DNA from: Emiliania huxleyi CCMP1516
Lineage: Eukaryota
Assembly (NCBI RefSeq): GCF_000372725.1
Contig: NW_005202237.1
Coordinates: 62,001-126,000 of the forward strand
Direction of reading: 5' to 3'
DNA length: 64,000 nucleotides
The position numbers and the translations under genes were made by a program. The notes under the pieces are model-generated. The model made no database searches. It was not told where the DNA came from and saw nothing but the letters and a program-made list of their open reading frames with translations. This document shows positions 1-9,559 of this stretch, piece by piece (within the stretch, counting starts at the first letter, position 1; every line of letters begins with the position of its first letter).

Positions 1-538
1 ATCTCCAACGACTAGTGAAGCCATACACTCCCAAACACGAATCTCCTCTGTCATTCATCACCCAAAATTCTGTGTTCTTTTCCTTGGTGAGCCGGTGTGT
101 GTGCCAGTCCGCGCCAGTCCGCGCCCTTGTCGTGCCAGTGTGCTAAAGAAAGAAAGAAAGACAGACAAACCAAACGAGGGATGCCAGTGTGCTGTGAGAG
201 AGGCGCATTTAAGAATTCTTTTCGTTCGGCGCTTGCTCGCCGCATTCGTCCCCTGCTGCTGAGCCACAGCGGAATGGTGTGTGCGTCCCCCCACCACCGC
301 GCGCAGGGCGGCGACACACCTCTCACCGTGCCGCCTGCCTCCCACCTTTCCCCTTAGGCCGAGCGGAGCGACAACGACGGGGATGGTGTTTACATGAGCA
401 CTCAGGGCGCGAGCCTTAGCTAAGATACGCGCCTACACGTGTCGTGGGTCATTTTTGACCCACTTTCCGTGGCAACCCCGTTGGCTGAGTGTCTTGTCTC
501 GTGGTTCTGTGTGTCGCCTGTGATTTTCTGTCTTTCTT

Positions 539-935
539 TCATGGCGGTGTGTCCTTCTTGAAGGCGTAGAGGTGCTCGCAAGTCGAGAAGTAGACCACGC
601 CGTCGCCGATGGCTGGCGCGCCTTGGATGCCGCTCTGGGTCTGAAAGGAGCTCAGGATCGTGCCAGTCTTCCCGTCGACTGCATACACGTACCCACCCCA
701 CCAGCCAAAGTAGACGGTGCCATCAGCGCCGACTGCGGCGTTGTTGAACGTGTCTGGAACGCAGCTGGCCGCACCCATGGTCGGATTCTCGTGCGTGGGC
801 GTCTGCCAAAGAATCGCCCCCGTGCTCGCGTTGAGGGCGGTCATATTGCCCTTGTGGCCCGGCGTCATCACATTGGACGTCGAGAATCCGAGCAGACCCA
901 CGTAGACCCGGCCGTGGGCGATGGCGGGAGCGGCC
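539..935 (-). pseudogene. PQQ/BamB-like beta-propeller, C-terminal fragment
   Basis: Blade motifs PAIAHGRVYVG, ALNASTGAILWQ, VYAVDGKTG, APAIGDGVVY. The 5' side runs directly into a repeat element and there is no plausible start. Confidence 0.55.
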
Positions 936-943
936 TTGTGTCG

Positions 944-1050
944 GTAATAAATAAATAAAACGGGCACGCCAAACGAGGGGTGGGAGAGGGACAGGGTCCC
1001 CACCTGCACGAGCAGGATCTTGGAAGGACGATCAGGGACACAGGGGAACG
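944..1050 (-). mobile_element. Retroposon-like 3' end (family A) with (TTTA)n tail
   Basis: GGGTCCCCACCTGCACGAGCAGGAT.TTGGAAGGACG also occurs at ~44910-44965 and ~59190-59300. The 59.2 kb copy ends in (TTTC)n. Confidence 0.6.
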
Positions 1051-1313
1051 GGAGCGGGGAGCGCATCGCGACACGGAGGGGGGCTGGGCAGGGTTCACCC
1101 ACACGACAGGGTCCCAGGGATTCCTCTCTCGTATAGGACAGGTTGCACCCGGCGGTGAGAGAGAGTTCTGCGTTGTCGAATTTTTTTTATACCGGGGAGT
1201 GGGCCCAGAGGGTGGGCCCGCCTCGCCCGGAAATTATCGCGACTGCCGCCTGTCCTCTGCGCAAACTCATCGCGACAGCCGTAGTACACGTTTTGCCTGT
1301 CGGCTGTCACTCC

Positions 1314-1891
1314 ATGCCGCCCCAGCGCGCCATCTGCCTCTGCCTCTTCCTCTGCCTGCACGCTGCCCATGCCGGTCCATGCCGCTTCACGCTTCGCCGC
1401 CCGCTGTGCTCGCTGTCTTGCCTCTTTGGCGCCGGCAGGTGCAAGGGCAGCATGCAGAAAGTGCCCTCGTCAGAGTCTGGTGGCGCGCCGACAGCGTGGG
1501 AGATGGTTCACCTCAAGGACGACGGCGTCGAGTCGAGCTGGAGCACCGTCTCCTTTCCCTTCGTGAGCGGCGGCGACATTGGGAAGATGACCGAGCGTCT
1601 GCCCTGCGACGGGGTCTGGCTCCGCTGGACGCACGGCAGCTACAACTACAAGTGGCACAACGCTCCTCGCCGCCAGATCATCGCCTCCCTCAACGGGCAC
1701 GTCGAGGCGAGCGTCGGCTCGGGCGACACTCGCCGCTTCGGGCCCGGAGAGACGCTGCTGGTCGAGGACACGCGCGGCGAGGGGCACTGCACAAAGTCGC
1801 TCGACGGAGTCGGGCGGTGGAGCATCTTCATCGCGCTGCCGGACGACGGCCCGCTCGCCTGGCTCTTCGCCCGGCCAACCACCAGAGAGCT

Positions 1892-1922
<31 letters not shown>

Positions 1923-2916
1923 GCCGCCCTCGCCGCCTGCGCGCTCCGGCGCCCTTCCGGGGCGGGCGGACTCCCTCGTCGAATCGGCCTGATCGGCGGC
2001 CTCGCGCCGGCCTCGACGATCGACTACTACAGACGGATCAACGCCGGGGTGAGGGAGAGGCTCGGCGGGAGGCATGCGGCGGAGGCCGTCCTCTTCTCCT
2101 TCGACCAGGCCTCCGTGATCGAGCTCGAGTTTGCGCAGCGGTGGGAGGAGGTTGGCGAGCAGCTCGCTCGCGCCGGCCTCGCGCTGGCTGCGGCGGGGTG
2201 CGAGGCGCTCCTCGTGTGCTGCAACAGCGTCCACCACGAGGCACCCCACCCCCCCCCCCACCTCGCGGCTCCGCGGCAGGTGGCGAACGCAGCGCCTCCT
2301 CACGCAGCCCTCGCCGCGAGCAGGTTGCCTTCGAGGCGCTCCGCCGCGCCGTCCCGCGAGTGCCCGTCCTCCACATCGCAGACGCGACCGCCGCCGCGCT
2401 GTCCGGCAAGCGGCGCGTCGCCCTCCTCGGCACCGCCTTCACCGCCAACGAGAATTCCTTCTTCGCACAGCGGCTCCGCCGGCGCGAGGGGCGGCTTGGT
2501 CGCCGCTCCACGGCGGCATCCTTCGCTGACGCTCGCCGGAGCCCTCGTGCAGGCGCGGCCTCGAGGTTGTGCTCGACGAGCCGGCCGCGCGCGCGGAGCT
2601 CGACCGGCTGATCTACGACGAGCTGACGGTCGACGTCGTGCGGGAGGAGGCGGCGAGCTGGTTCGTGGCGAGCGGCTCTCGAGCGGCGGGCCGAGCTCCT
2701 CGTAGAGGCCGCGTCACCCCGACACCTCCTCGACACGTCCCCCCGCAGGCGAGGCTCGAGCGGCTGCTCGTGCGGTGCGACGCCGTCGTGCTCGGCTGCA
2801 CCGAGCTGTCGATGCTTCTCGACGCCGAGGCGCGCAAGCGGTACGCCGGCGTCGTGTTCGACACGGCGACTCTGCACGCGGAGGCCGCGGTGCGGTTCGC
2901 GCTGCGGGAGGAGTGA
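1314..2916 (+). CDS. Cupin-like domain + hydrophobic linker + PLP-independent Asp/Glu-family amino-acid racemase (spliced)
   Basis: Cupin: WHNAPRRQ...RRFGPGETLLVEDTRGEGH. Racemase: IGLIGGLAPASTIDYYRRIN, CCNSVH, VALLGT, VVLGCTEL. Introns 2241-2323, 2482-2552, 2668-2748 (all GC-AG). The 5' end is uncertain. Confidence 0.8.
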
Positions 2917-3445
2917 TTCGGCAATTCTCGCCGTCCCGCGGTTGGCCTCGTCGCTTGAGACCATGTTGAGCAGAGAGCGGCTACGCGGGGGCGCGGTGCG
3001 GTGTGAGCAGAGACGCGCTCTGAGATGGCTCATTGCCCGCGGTGTTATTTTTGTGTGTTGTTTATTTTTCTCGCTCTGTCTGACGCTCTGGGGGGGTGGC
3101 ACTTGCCACTTGTATTTCACTTCTGACACCTCTGGCTCTGCTGCACGTCTTTACTCTTTTTTTAGTACTTGGACGAGCACTTAGAGGCCGCGTGGCGAAC
3201 TTGAAGAGGAGTCTCGTCATTCGTCTGAGCTCTGACACACCTGACACCCGCTGGACACGAGGACACCGCCGGCCCGCCGGGCACGTCTTGTCCATGGGAT
3301 CTCGTCTCTCGCCGCGTCTCGGGCGTCTCGCCTTCGACGCCCGGAGCGCGCTACGCTCTAGGGCTGGGAGAGCGCGGCGGTCTAGGCGGCGGTCTGTGTG
3401 TGAACATGCGTGTCGCGCACTCATTCATGACCGGTCTCAATGCCC

Positions 3446-3915
3446 CACCCCCCTGCGCGCGGGCCTTCTAGGCCCGCGGGTAGTCTCCCCCCATTCCCAG
3501 GGCCTCCAGGGCTCGCACCTCAACCTCTCACAGACCAGCGCACAGCGCCATAGGACGTATTTTCTTCTCAATAACAAGGCTGTGAACGGCAGTCCCCGTG
3601 GTCACCCCACACCCCACCCACACACACACATCACAAAGGGGCTGCATGCGCATGGACCGGTTCGCACCTTTCTCTCTCCCCCGGCCCGGCCCAGCGTTTG
3701 TGTGTTTCTTCTCATAAGTCATAACAAGTCTGTGAAAACTGTCACACGCATGACACCAGGTCCGCAACATCCGCCGCCCCCCTGCGCGTGGGCCTTCTAG
3801 GCCCGCGGGTAGTCCCCCCCCATCCCCCCAGGGCCTCCACAGGGCTCGCACCTCGACCTCTCATAGCACGAGGCGCAGGTATTTCTTCAAGAGATTGAGA
3901 TCTGTGAAGGAACGG
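3446..3915. repeat. Dispersed direct repeat of ~140 bp (3446-3590 and 3776-3915)
   Basis: CCCCTGCGCG.GGGCCTTCTAGGCCCGCGGGTAGTC...GGGCTCGCACCTC is present twice, ~330 bp apart. Confidence 0.7.
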
Positions 3916-4007
3916 CTCACTGTCCTCACTGTGCGATTTCGGGGCTCGGGGTTATTAGGAACGGCGTCCGTGCAGGTTTCGTTCCGTCGCGGTTCGACAC
4001 ACAAGGG

Positions 4008-5222
4008 ATGCCAGACCGGGTGCTGCTCAACGCGCAGTGGCGCGGCGGCAGCACCATCACCGAGCAGCTCATCTTCTCCACCACAGCCTCGCCCGTCTTT
4101 TTGCTGGACGAGCCCGCCGCGCACTTCCGGCCGTGCGCTGCCGACCACCGCGGGCCCTGCCACAGCCGCGACGACAAGGCACGGTACCTGGCCGCCGCCC
4201 TCTCGTGCGATTGGTCCGACTTTGACGCGCCGGCGCTCGTGCGCTGGCAGCACTGGCGGGGCGTCTTCTCACGCCTTCCGGAGCTCCTCGATCACGACGG
4301 CTGGCAGACGGGAGACTTCTCCGCCATGCGGGCGCGCTGCGACGCGGCTGGTATACGCGGCGGCGTTCGGGCGGCAAAGCTGATCCGCGGCCGGGGGCTC
4401 GTCGCTCCCTTTGCGCGCGCCTGCGCCGCCTCCGCGGTAGTCCGATCGGACTTTGCGCGGGTCGCGCCCGCGGCGCCTTGCCTCGTGATAGAGCTCGTCC
4501 GACATCCTGTCGCGACCTTGCGCTCGCAAAAGCACTCCAAGCAGATCGAGAAGGGGCGGCCGCCCAGGGCCCGCCGGCGCGACGCCGGCGCCGGCCGCGA
4601 GTCGCGGGTTCGAGGCGCGCAGGGAGTGTCTCCGCCCCGCCTGGCGGCCGGGGCCTCAGAGACGGCCGGCCTTGAGGGAGAGCTTGAGGACTTTTGCGCG
4701 CCAATCTTGGAGGACGTCCGCGCGGTGCGCTCGTTGCAGCGAATGCAATCCGCCCTGCCGCTCCGCCGCCGGCGGCGACAGAGGGCGCGCAGGCGGTCCA
4801 ATGCGTTGCCGTCCAACGCCAGCGACGCGCGGGACGGCGACGTGGAGAGCGGCGGTGCTGCCGCGGCTCGCTTGCCACGCCCCGCCACACGCGGGGTGGT
4901 GCTCACTTTCCAGGAGGTTGTGACGACGCCGCGCCGCGTCGCTCACCGGATGCACAGGCTGATGGGTGCGACCACCAACGAGTCGGCTCTCGAGTCCTTT
5001 GTGGAGCAGCACTTTGGCAGCGCCCGCAGCGACGAGGCGGCGGGCCGCCATACCGGCGGGGGCGAGCAGCAGCTGCTCCAGGCCTACGACACCTACCGCC
5101 CCCGCGTTGATTGCGTCCCCGCCACCGAGCCATTGGACCGGTGGTCTGCGTGCGCTGAGCTCGGAACGCTCGCCGCGTCGCATTTGCCAGCCTCGGCGGC
5201 TCGGGCGCTACACTTTTGCTGA
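4008..5222 (+). CDS. Carbohydrate sulfotransferase-like protein
   Basis: 5'-PSB-like VLLNAQWRGGSTITEQLI and 3'-PB-like VIELVRHPVATLRS. May contain an in-frame intron. Confidence 0.65.
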   Translation: MPDRVLLNAQWRGGSTITEQLIFSTTASPVFLLDEPAAHFRPCAADHRGPCHSRDDKARYLAAALSCDWSDFDAPALVRWQHWRGVFSRLPELLDHDGWQTGDFSAMRARCDAAGIRGGVRAAKLIRGRGLVAPFARACAASAVVRSDFARVAPAAPCLVIELVRHPVATLRSQKHSKQIEKGRPPRARRRDAGAGRESRVRGAQGVSPPRLAAGASETAGLEGELEDFCAPILEDVRAVRSLQRMQSALPLRRRRRQRARRRSNALPSNASDARDGDVESGGAAAARLPRPATRGVVLTFQEVVTTPRRVAHRMHRLMGATTNESALESFVEQHFGSARSDEAAGRHTGGGEQQLLQAYDTYRPRVDCVPATEPLDRWSACAELGTLAASHLPASAARALHFC

Positions 5223-5318
5223 TAATTTGTGGAAATCCTTTTTTCATTTTGTCGCGCCTTCAATTCCACGACGCAAAAGTGAAACCGTCGCCGACAAAAA
5301 ACCGCGCTCCTCCCTAAA

Positions 5319-7908
5319 ATGTTGGCCGCGTCGCTCCTCACGCTCGCCAGAGATGGGCCACCGCGCTCGCTCGTACCCCTCTCGGCCGTGCTCGAGCCTG
5401 ATCCATCACCATCACCGACGTCAGCGGCTCGAGCCAGCCTCTCGCGGCACCGCAGGCTCGAACTTTCGGTCGACAACACAAATCCGATCCGCCTGGCCCT
5501 GGACTTCACATCACTGGACGCGTCTTCCGCTCCGCAGTACTCGGCGTGCTTTGCCGTGGGGGATTGGTACCGAAGGGGCCTGCCTGCATTCCAGCTTAGC
5601 CCTCCGGCCGATGGCGTGCCCACCTGCGACGATGCAAACCCGCTAGCCGCGCTCACAGATGGCTGCTGGGGTCTCTGCAAAGCGGCGGACGTAATCACTG
5701 CGGAAAGAAAGGCCAAGATTGTGACGGCCGTCACTGCGGTCGCGAGCGAGATGGGCTCCTTCTTCTCTGTCGAGAGCTCGTCGAGCAACCTCGTGTTTGG
5801 CCGCAGCAAGGGCCGGTTCCAACGCGCATTGACGGAGAAGGGCTACACACCAACAGAGAGGTGCGCGGCCGACTGCCACTATCTGTCCAACGTGGCGGTC
5901 GCGGAGTCGTACTGCACCACAGGCGTCGATGCTGACGCCATTCTCTCTGTCACACGGCCCCCATCCATCGCCGGTGTCCTTGGCACGGGCTCAAGCTGCG
6001 CCCCTCTCATCATGGGCAAACGACCCACCTGGCTTGTGATTGCCTGGATGGACGACTTTGACGCGGACGCCACCTCCGACCAGGCCATGATTGATGCCTA
6101 CCGCGGCTTCATCCGCCACGAGATTATCCACGCGATGGGCTTCAGCCACGCCTTCTTCGCGAATGCTCGAGCCTCGGATGGGAGCGCGAAGCATTTGCTA
6201 CAGCTGCTACAGGTGTACGACGCCGACGGCGCCACGGACCGCGTGTACCACTTCAAGTCGACCAGCCGCACGCACGCGATGGCCAAGGCGTATTTTGGAT
6301 GTAACGACGAGGCCGCGTGGGACGGGCTGCCGCTGATGGGTCTTCCGGATATTGGGCGCAACTCGCATTGGGACACTCGGATCCTCCGCGACGATGTGAT
6401 GTCATACGGCGAATCCGCGTTGATCTCTTCCATCACGCTCGCAGCGATGGAGGACACCGGCTTCTATCTCGCCAACTACAGCTCAGCAAACTGCATGCAG
6501 TGGGGCTACCAGCAAGGCTGCACCTACGTTGCATCTCGCTGCTCAGGCCCGACATCCCACGACCAATCGGCGAGCGCCACCTCTTCCGCCGAATGTGACG
6601 GCGACCCGCGGTGGCGGTCCTCGCCCAGCGCTTGGTTGCGGTCCAAGTGCGACCTGGGAGACGACCCGTGCTCAACCAATAGTGGACGAGGCTACTCCTC
6701 GAGCCCGTCCCCAGTGTGCGACGCCCAGTGCTACACGCCTCTGCACAACCGCGCCGACTGCTCCGCCGGGCCGGTGGCGCCTGTCGAGTCGGTGCGCAGC
6801 CAGAGGAAGCCATCGCACCGGGTCTGCGCGGCGCGTCACTCACACCGGGCTCGTGCTGTCACAGGCGGCGCCAAAGTCGTACGAGGAGCTTGCCGAGGAG
6901 TACATGCAGTGGATCTGGCTCGGCGTCCTGGTCATGTCCGCCTTGGTGGTCGGCCTCGCCATGAACACCTTTTGCTGCCCCGCCGGGGGCTCCATCGCGG
7001 TCGCGGCGGTCCTCACCACAATAATCTTCTTGGCGGGGGCGTTGACTGCCGCCGCTGGGGCGTACGGCTACTGGGTCAACAACGACCTCGTTGCCCCCTT
7101 TGTCGGGGAGACCACCCTCATTGTCGTCATGGGCTTCGGGGGGCTGCTCTCAACTATCGCGCTGTGGACCTTCATCGGGTTTTGCTCGAAGTCGCGCTTC
7201 GTCCTCACGACGGTCTTTATCTTTTACCTGTTGACCCTGCTGATCGAGCTCGCCTTCGCGGGCTTGGTCGCCTACTGGGTCTACACTTTGCAGGCGGTGA
7301 CTGAGGACGCGATGACGTTGCTGGAGGGCGGCGATGCCGAGGACGGCAAGTTTAGCGGCCGGCTCGGGGCAGACGTGCTTGCCGAGGTGGAAGGCAGCAT
7401 GTGCCGATTCTATCAGGAGTGCTGTCGCGACCCCCTCCTCGGCGAGGACGGCACGTGCATCTCGTCGCACGAAGGGAGCACCGTGGATGTGGCCGAGGCC
7501 CTGCTCGACCCGGGTTCGCCCAACTTTTGCCCTTACATCTCGGGGTCGTCCGGGGTCATGTCCTTCGTCCCCTCGCCCGCCGCCTGCCTCACCGCAGAGC
7601 ACCTGATCCCCGGCTTCTCCATGGCCAGCTGCGAGACGAACTTTTGCTCGCACGGCTACGAGGGCTACGAGGAGTTCCTCGCGCAGGCGGTCGACTGGAT
7701 GATGAACAACGGCATCATCATTGGCGGCGTGTCCACCGCGGTGGTCCTGCTACAGCTGCTCTTGGCCGTCAACGTCCTACGCCTCGCAAAGTCGCGGATG
7801 AAGACTCGGCTCGCCATGCGCAAGGTGGTCCCCGAGTCGCGGGGCCTCGATCGGGAACCAATGCCTTTCAATCCTCCGCCCCAGCCGCAGCGAAGGCGCG
7901 CCAGGTAA
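5319..7908 (+). CDS. Leishmanolysin/GP63-like M8 metallopeptidase fused to a tetraspanin-like domain
   Basis: HEIIHAMGFS, SHWDTRILRDDVMS, SITLAAMEDTGFY, WGYQQGC. GT-AG intron 6792-6864 joins it in frame to five hydrophobic segments with a Cys-rich (ECCR) loop. The listed start is TTG, so the true start is uncertain. Confidence 0.8.
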
Positions 7909-8469
7909 GGCTGCGGGATGTGAAGCCGCCGGCCGCCGCCGCCCCCCGCCCCGCGAGGACCACTCCCCACTCGTCTCTCGTGTGGTGTGTCTGTGTGTCT
8001 CCTCAGAAGCTCAGTCTCTCGCTCTCACGGCACACGGGACACGGGGTCAGCGTACTCGAGTACGTCAGACAGTACGCGCCTGAGTGCGCCGAGGCGACGA
8101 GAGCGCGCTGAGACTGCCAGTGGCCGTGCGCGACGCTCGGCCAGGCGCAGGCCTTGGCCCCGTGCGAGACGTGTTCGGAGTGACGGGAGTCGGGACGTAC
8201 GTAAGCGGCGGGCACACACCGACGCGGTGCCCCAGTGCGCGGTGGCCCCGGTGAGCGAGGCGCGCGAGGGGAAAGCGGCACACTAGGCACGCTGCCTGCC
8301 CCCTCTAGGGGGCGCCTTCGGCGCCTCTTTGCCCTTCGTAGAGGCCCCCGCTTTTGTTTTCCTTGAGAGCGGCCTCGCCTGTGCGACACGGTATGTCGCG
8401 TACTTTTTTTATCGCCCGTCGCGCGCTCTCGCTCGCACGTCCCCATCAGTACGGGTAAACACATCACAG

Positions 8470-9549
8470 CTACACACCGGCTCGCGAGCTCTCCGACTCC
8501 GTTCTCCCTGGCTGCCTCTGCCACGGCAGCCCACTCGCGCGCCCTGTGCCGAGGCTAGTGGTCGTGGAGCTGACCGTGACAGGGCTGCTGACCGGCGACG
8601 GCGTGACCACGCCTTGGGTGTGCGACTGCGCGGTGGTGCCCGTCGAGCGGTCGTACACCGCGGCTGCCTCCGCAAAGGCTGGCGCCGCGCGCTCTCCGCG
8701 TGCGGGCGCCGCAGCGAGGTCGTACTCCCAGTAGAGGTGCGAGCTGGTCAGGAAGGCGAGCAGGACGGCGCGCGGGCGGGCGGAGGAGCAGGCGAGGGGC
8801 AGCAGCCGCTGCAGGTACCGGTTGAGCGCGAAGGTCCGCCGCTCGACCACCGACGCGCCACCGAACGGGAGCCGCGACGGCAGCGGCGGCGGGGCGGCGC
8901 CGGCCGCCTGCAGAGCTCTGTGCAGCCGCCGCCAGTCGGAGTAACGGTGCGCAACCTGCCAGCAGCAGCCCGCGCGGATGACGGTGATGGTGTAGGTCGG
9001 CACGTCGCGCCACGCGCCAGCCGCGCCGAGGCTCGACGTGCCCGTCACGACCGCAAAGACTTGACGCGCCGCCGCATACCGCGAGCGCTGCCGCCACCCG
9101 CGGAGGTGCGCCTGCAGCACGGTCGCTGCCTGGCGCGCCTCGCCGCCGCTCGATGACGACGGCCGCGAGGAGCGCAGCTCGCCGCGAAGGAGCCGCGCGA
9201 AGAGGTCGGCCGCGGCGGCAGTCGCGTCGGGCGGCGCGGGCGGCGGCGCCGCCGGTGGCCGAGGATACGCGGGCTGGCGCTTGACCGGGCTGCGCGTGTA
9301 CGAATAAGGAGCGGAGATGTCGGAGCCCGAGGCCGAAGGCACAGAGAGCAGCGTGGGCGGCCCGCTCGAGCTCCGCACGGCAAGCTCAAGACGCAGCGAG
9401 CGCAGTTCCGCCTCGAGCTCGGCGACCCGCTCCCGCTGCTTCTCGAGCTCGACTCGCGCCGCGGCGCCCTCGCGCGCAAGCTCTGCGGCGAGCGCTGAGG
9501 CGACTAGCGGCTCGCACTTTGGGCAAACGGAGGCAGGAGAGGCCGACAT
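8470..9549 (-). CDS. Coiled-coil + IQ motif + PX domain protein
   Basis: IQ: AATVLQAHLRGWRQRSRY. PX: YTITV...WQVAHRYSDWRRLHRAL...PPLPSR...VVERRTFALNRYLQRLL. Confidence 0.75.
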   Translation of the reverse strand: MSASPASVCPKCEPLVASALAAELAREGAAARVELEKQRERVAELEAELRSLRLELAVRSSSGPPTLLSVPSASGSDISAPYSYTRSPVKRQPAYPRPPAAPPPAPPDATAAAADLFARLLRGELRSSRPSSSSGGEARQAATVLQAHLRGWRQRSRYAAARQVFAVVTGTSSLGAAGAWRDVPTYTITVIRAGCCWQVAHRYSDWRRLHRALQAAGAAPPPLPSRLPFGGASVVERRTFALNRYLQRLLPLACSSARPRAVLLAFLTSSHLYWEYDLAAAPARGERAAPAFAEAAAVYDRSTGTTAQSHTQGVVTPSPVSSPVTVSSTTTSLGTGRASGLPWQRQPGRTESESSRAGV

Positions 9550-9559
9550 CTGGCCTGTT

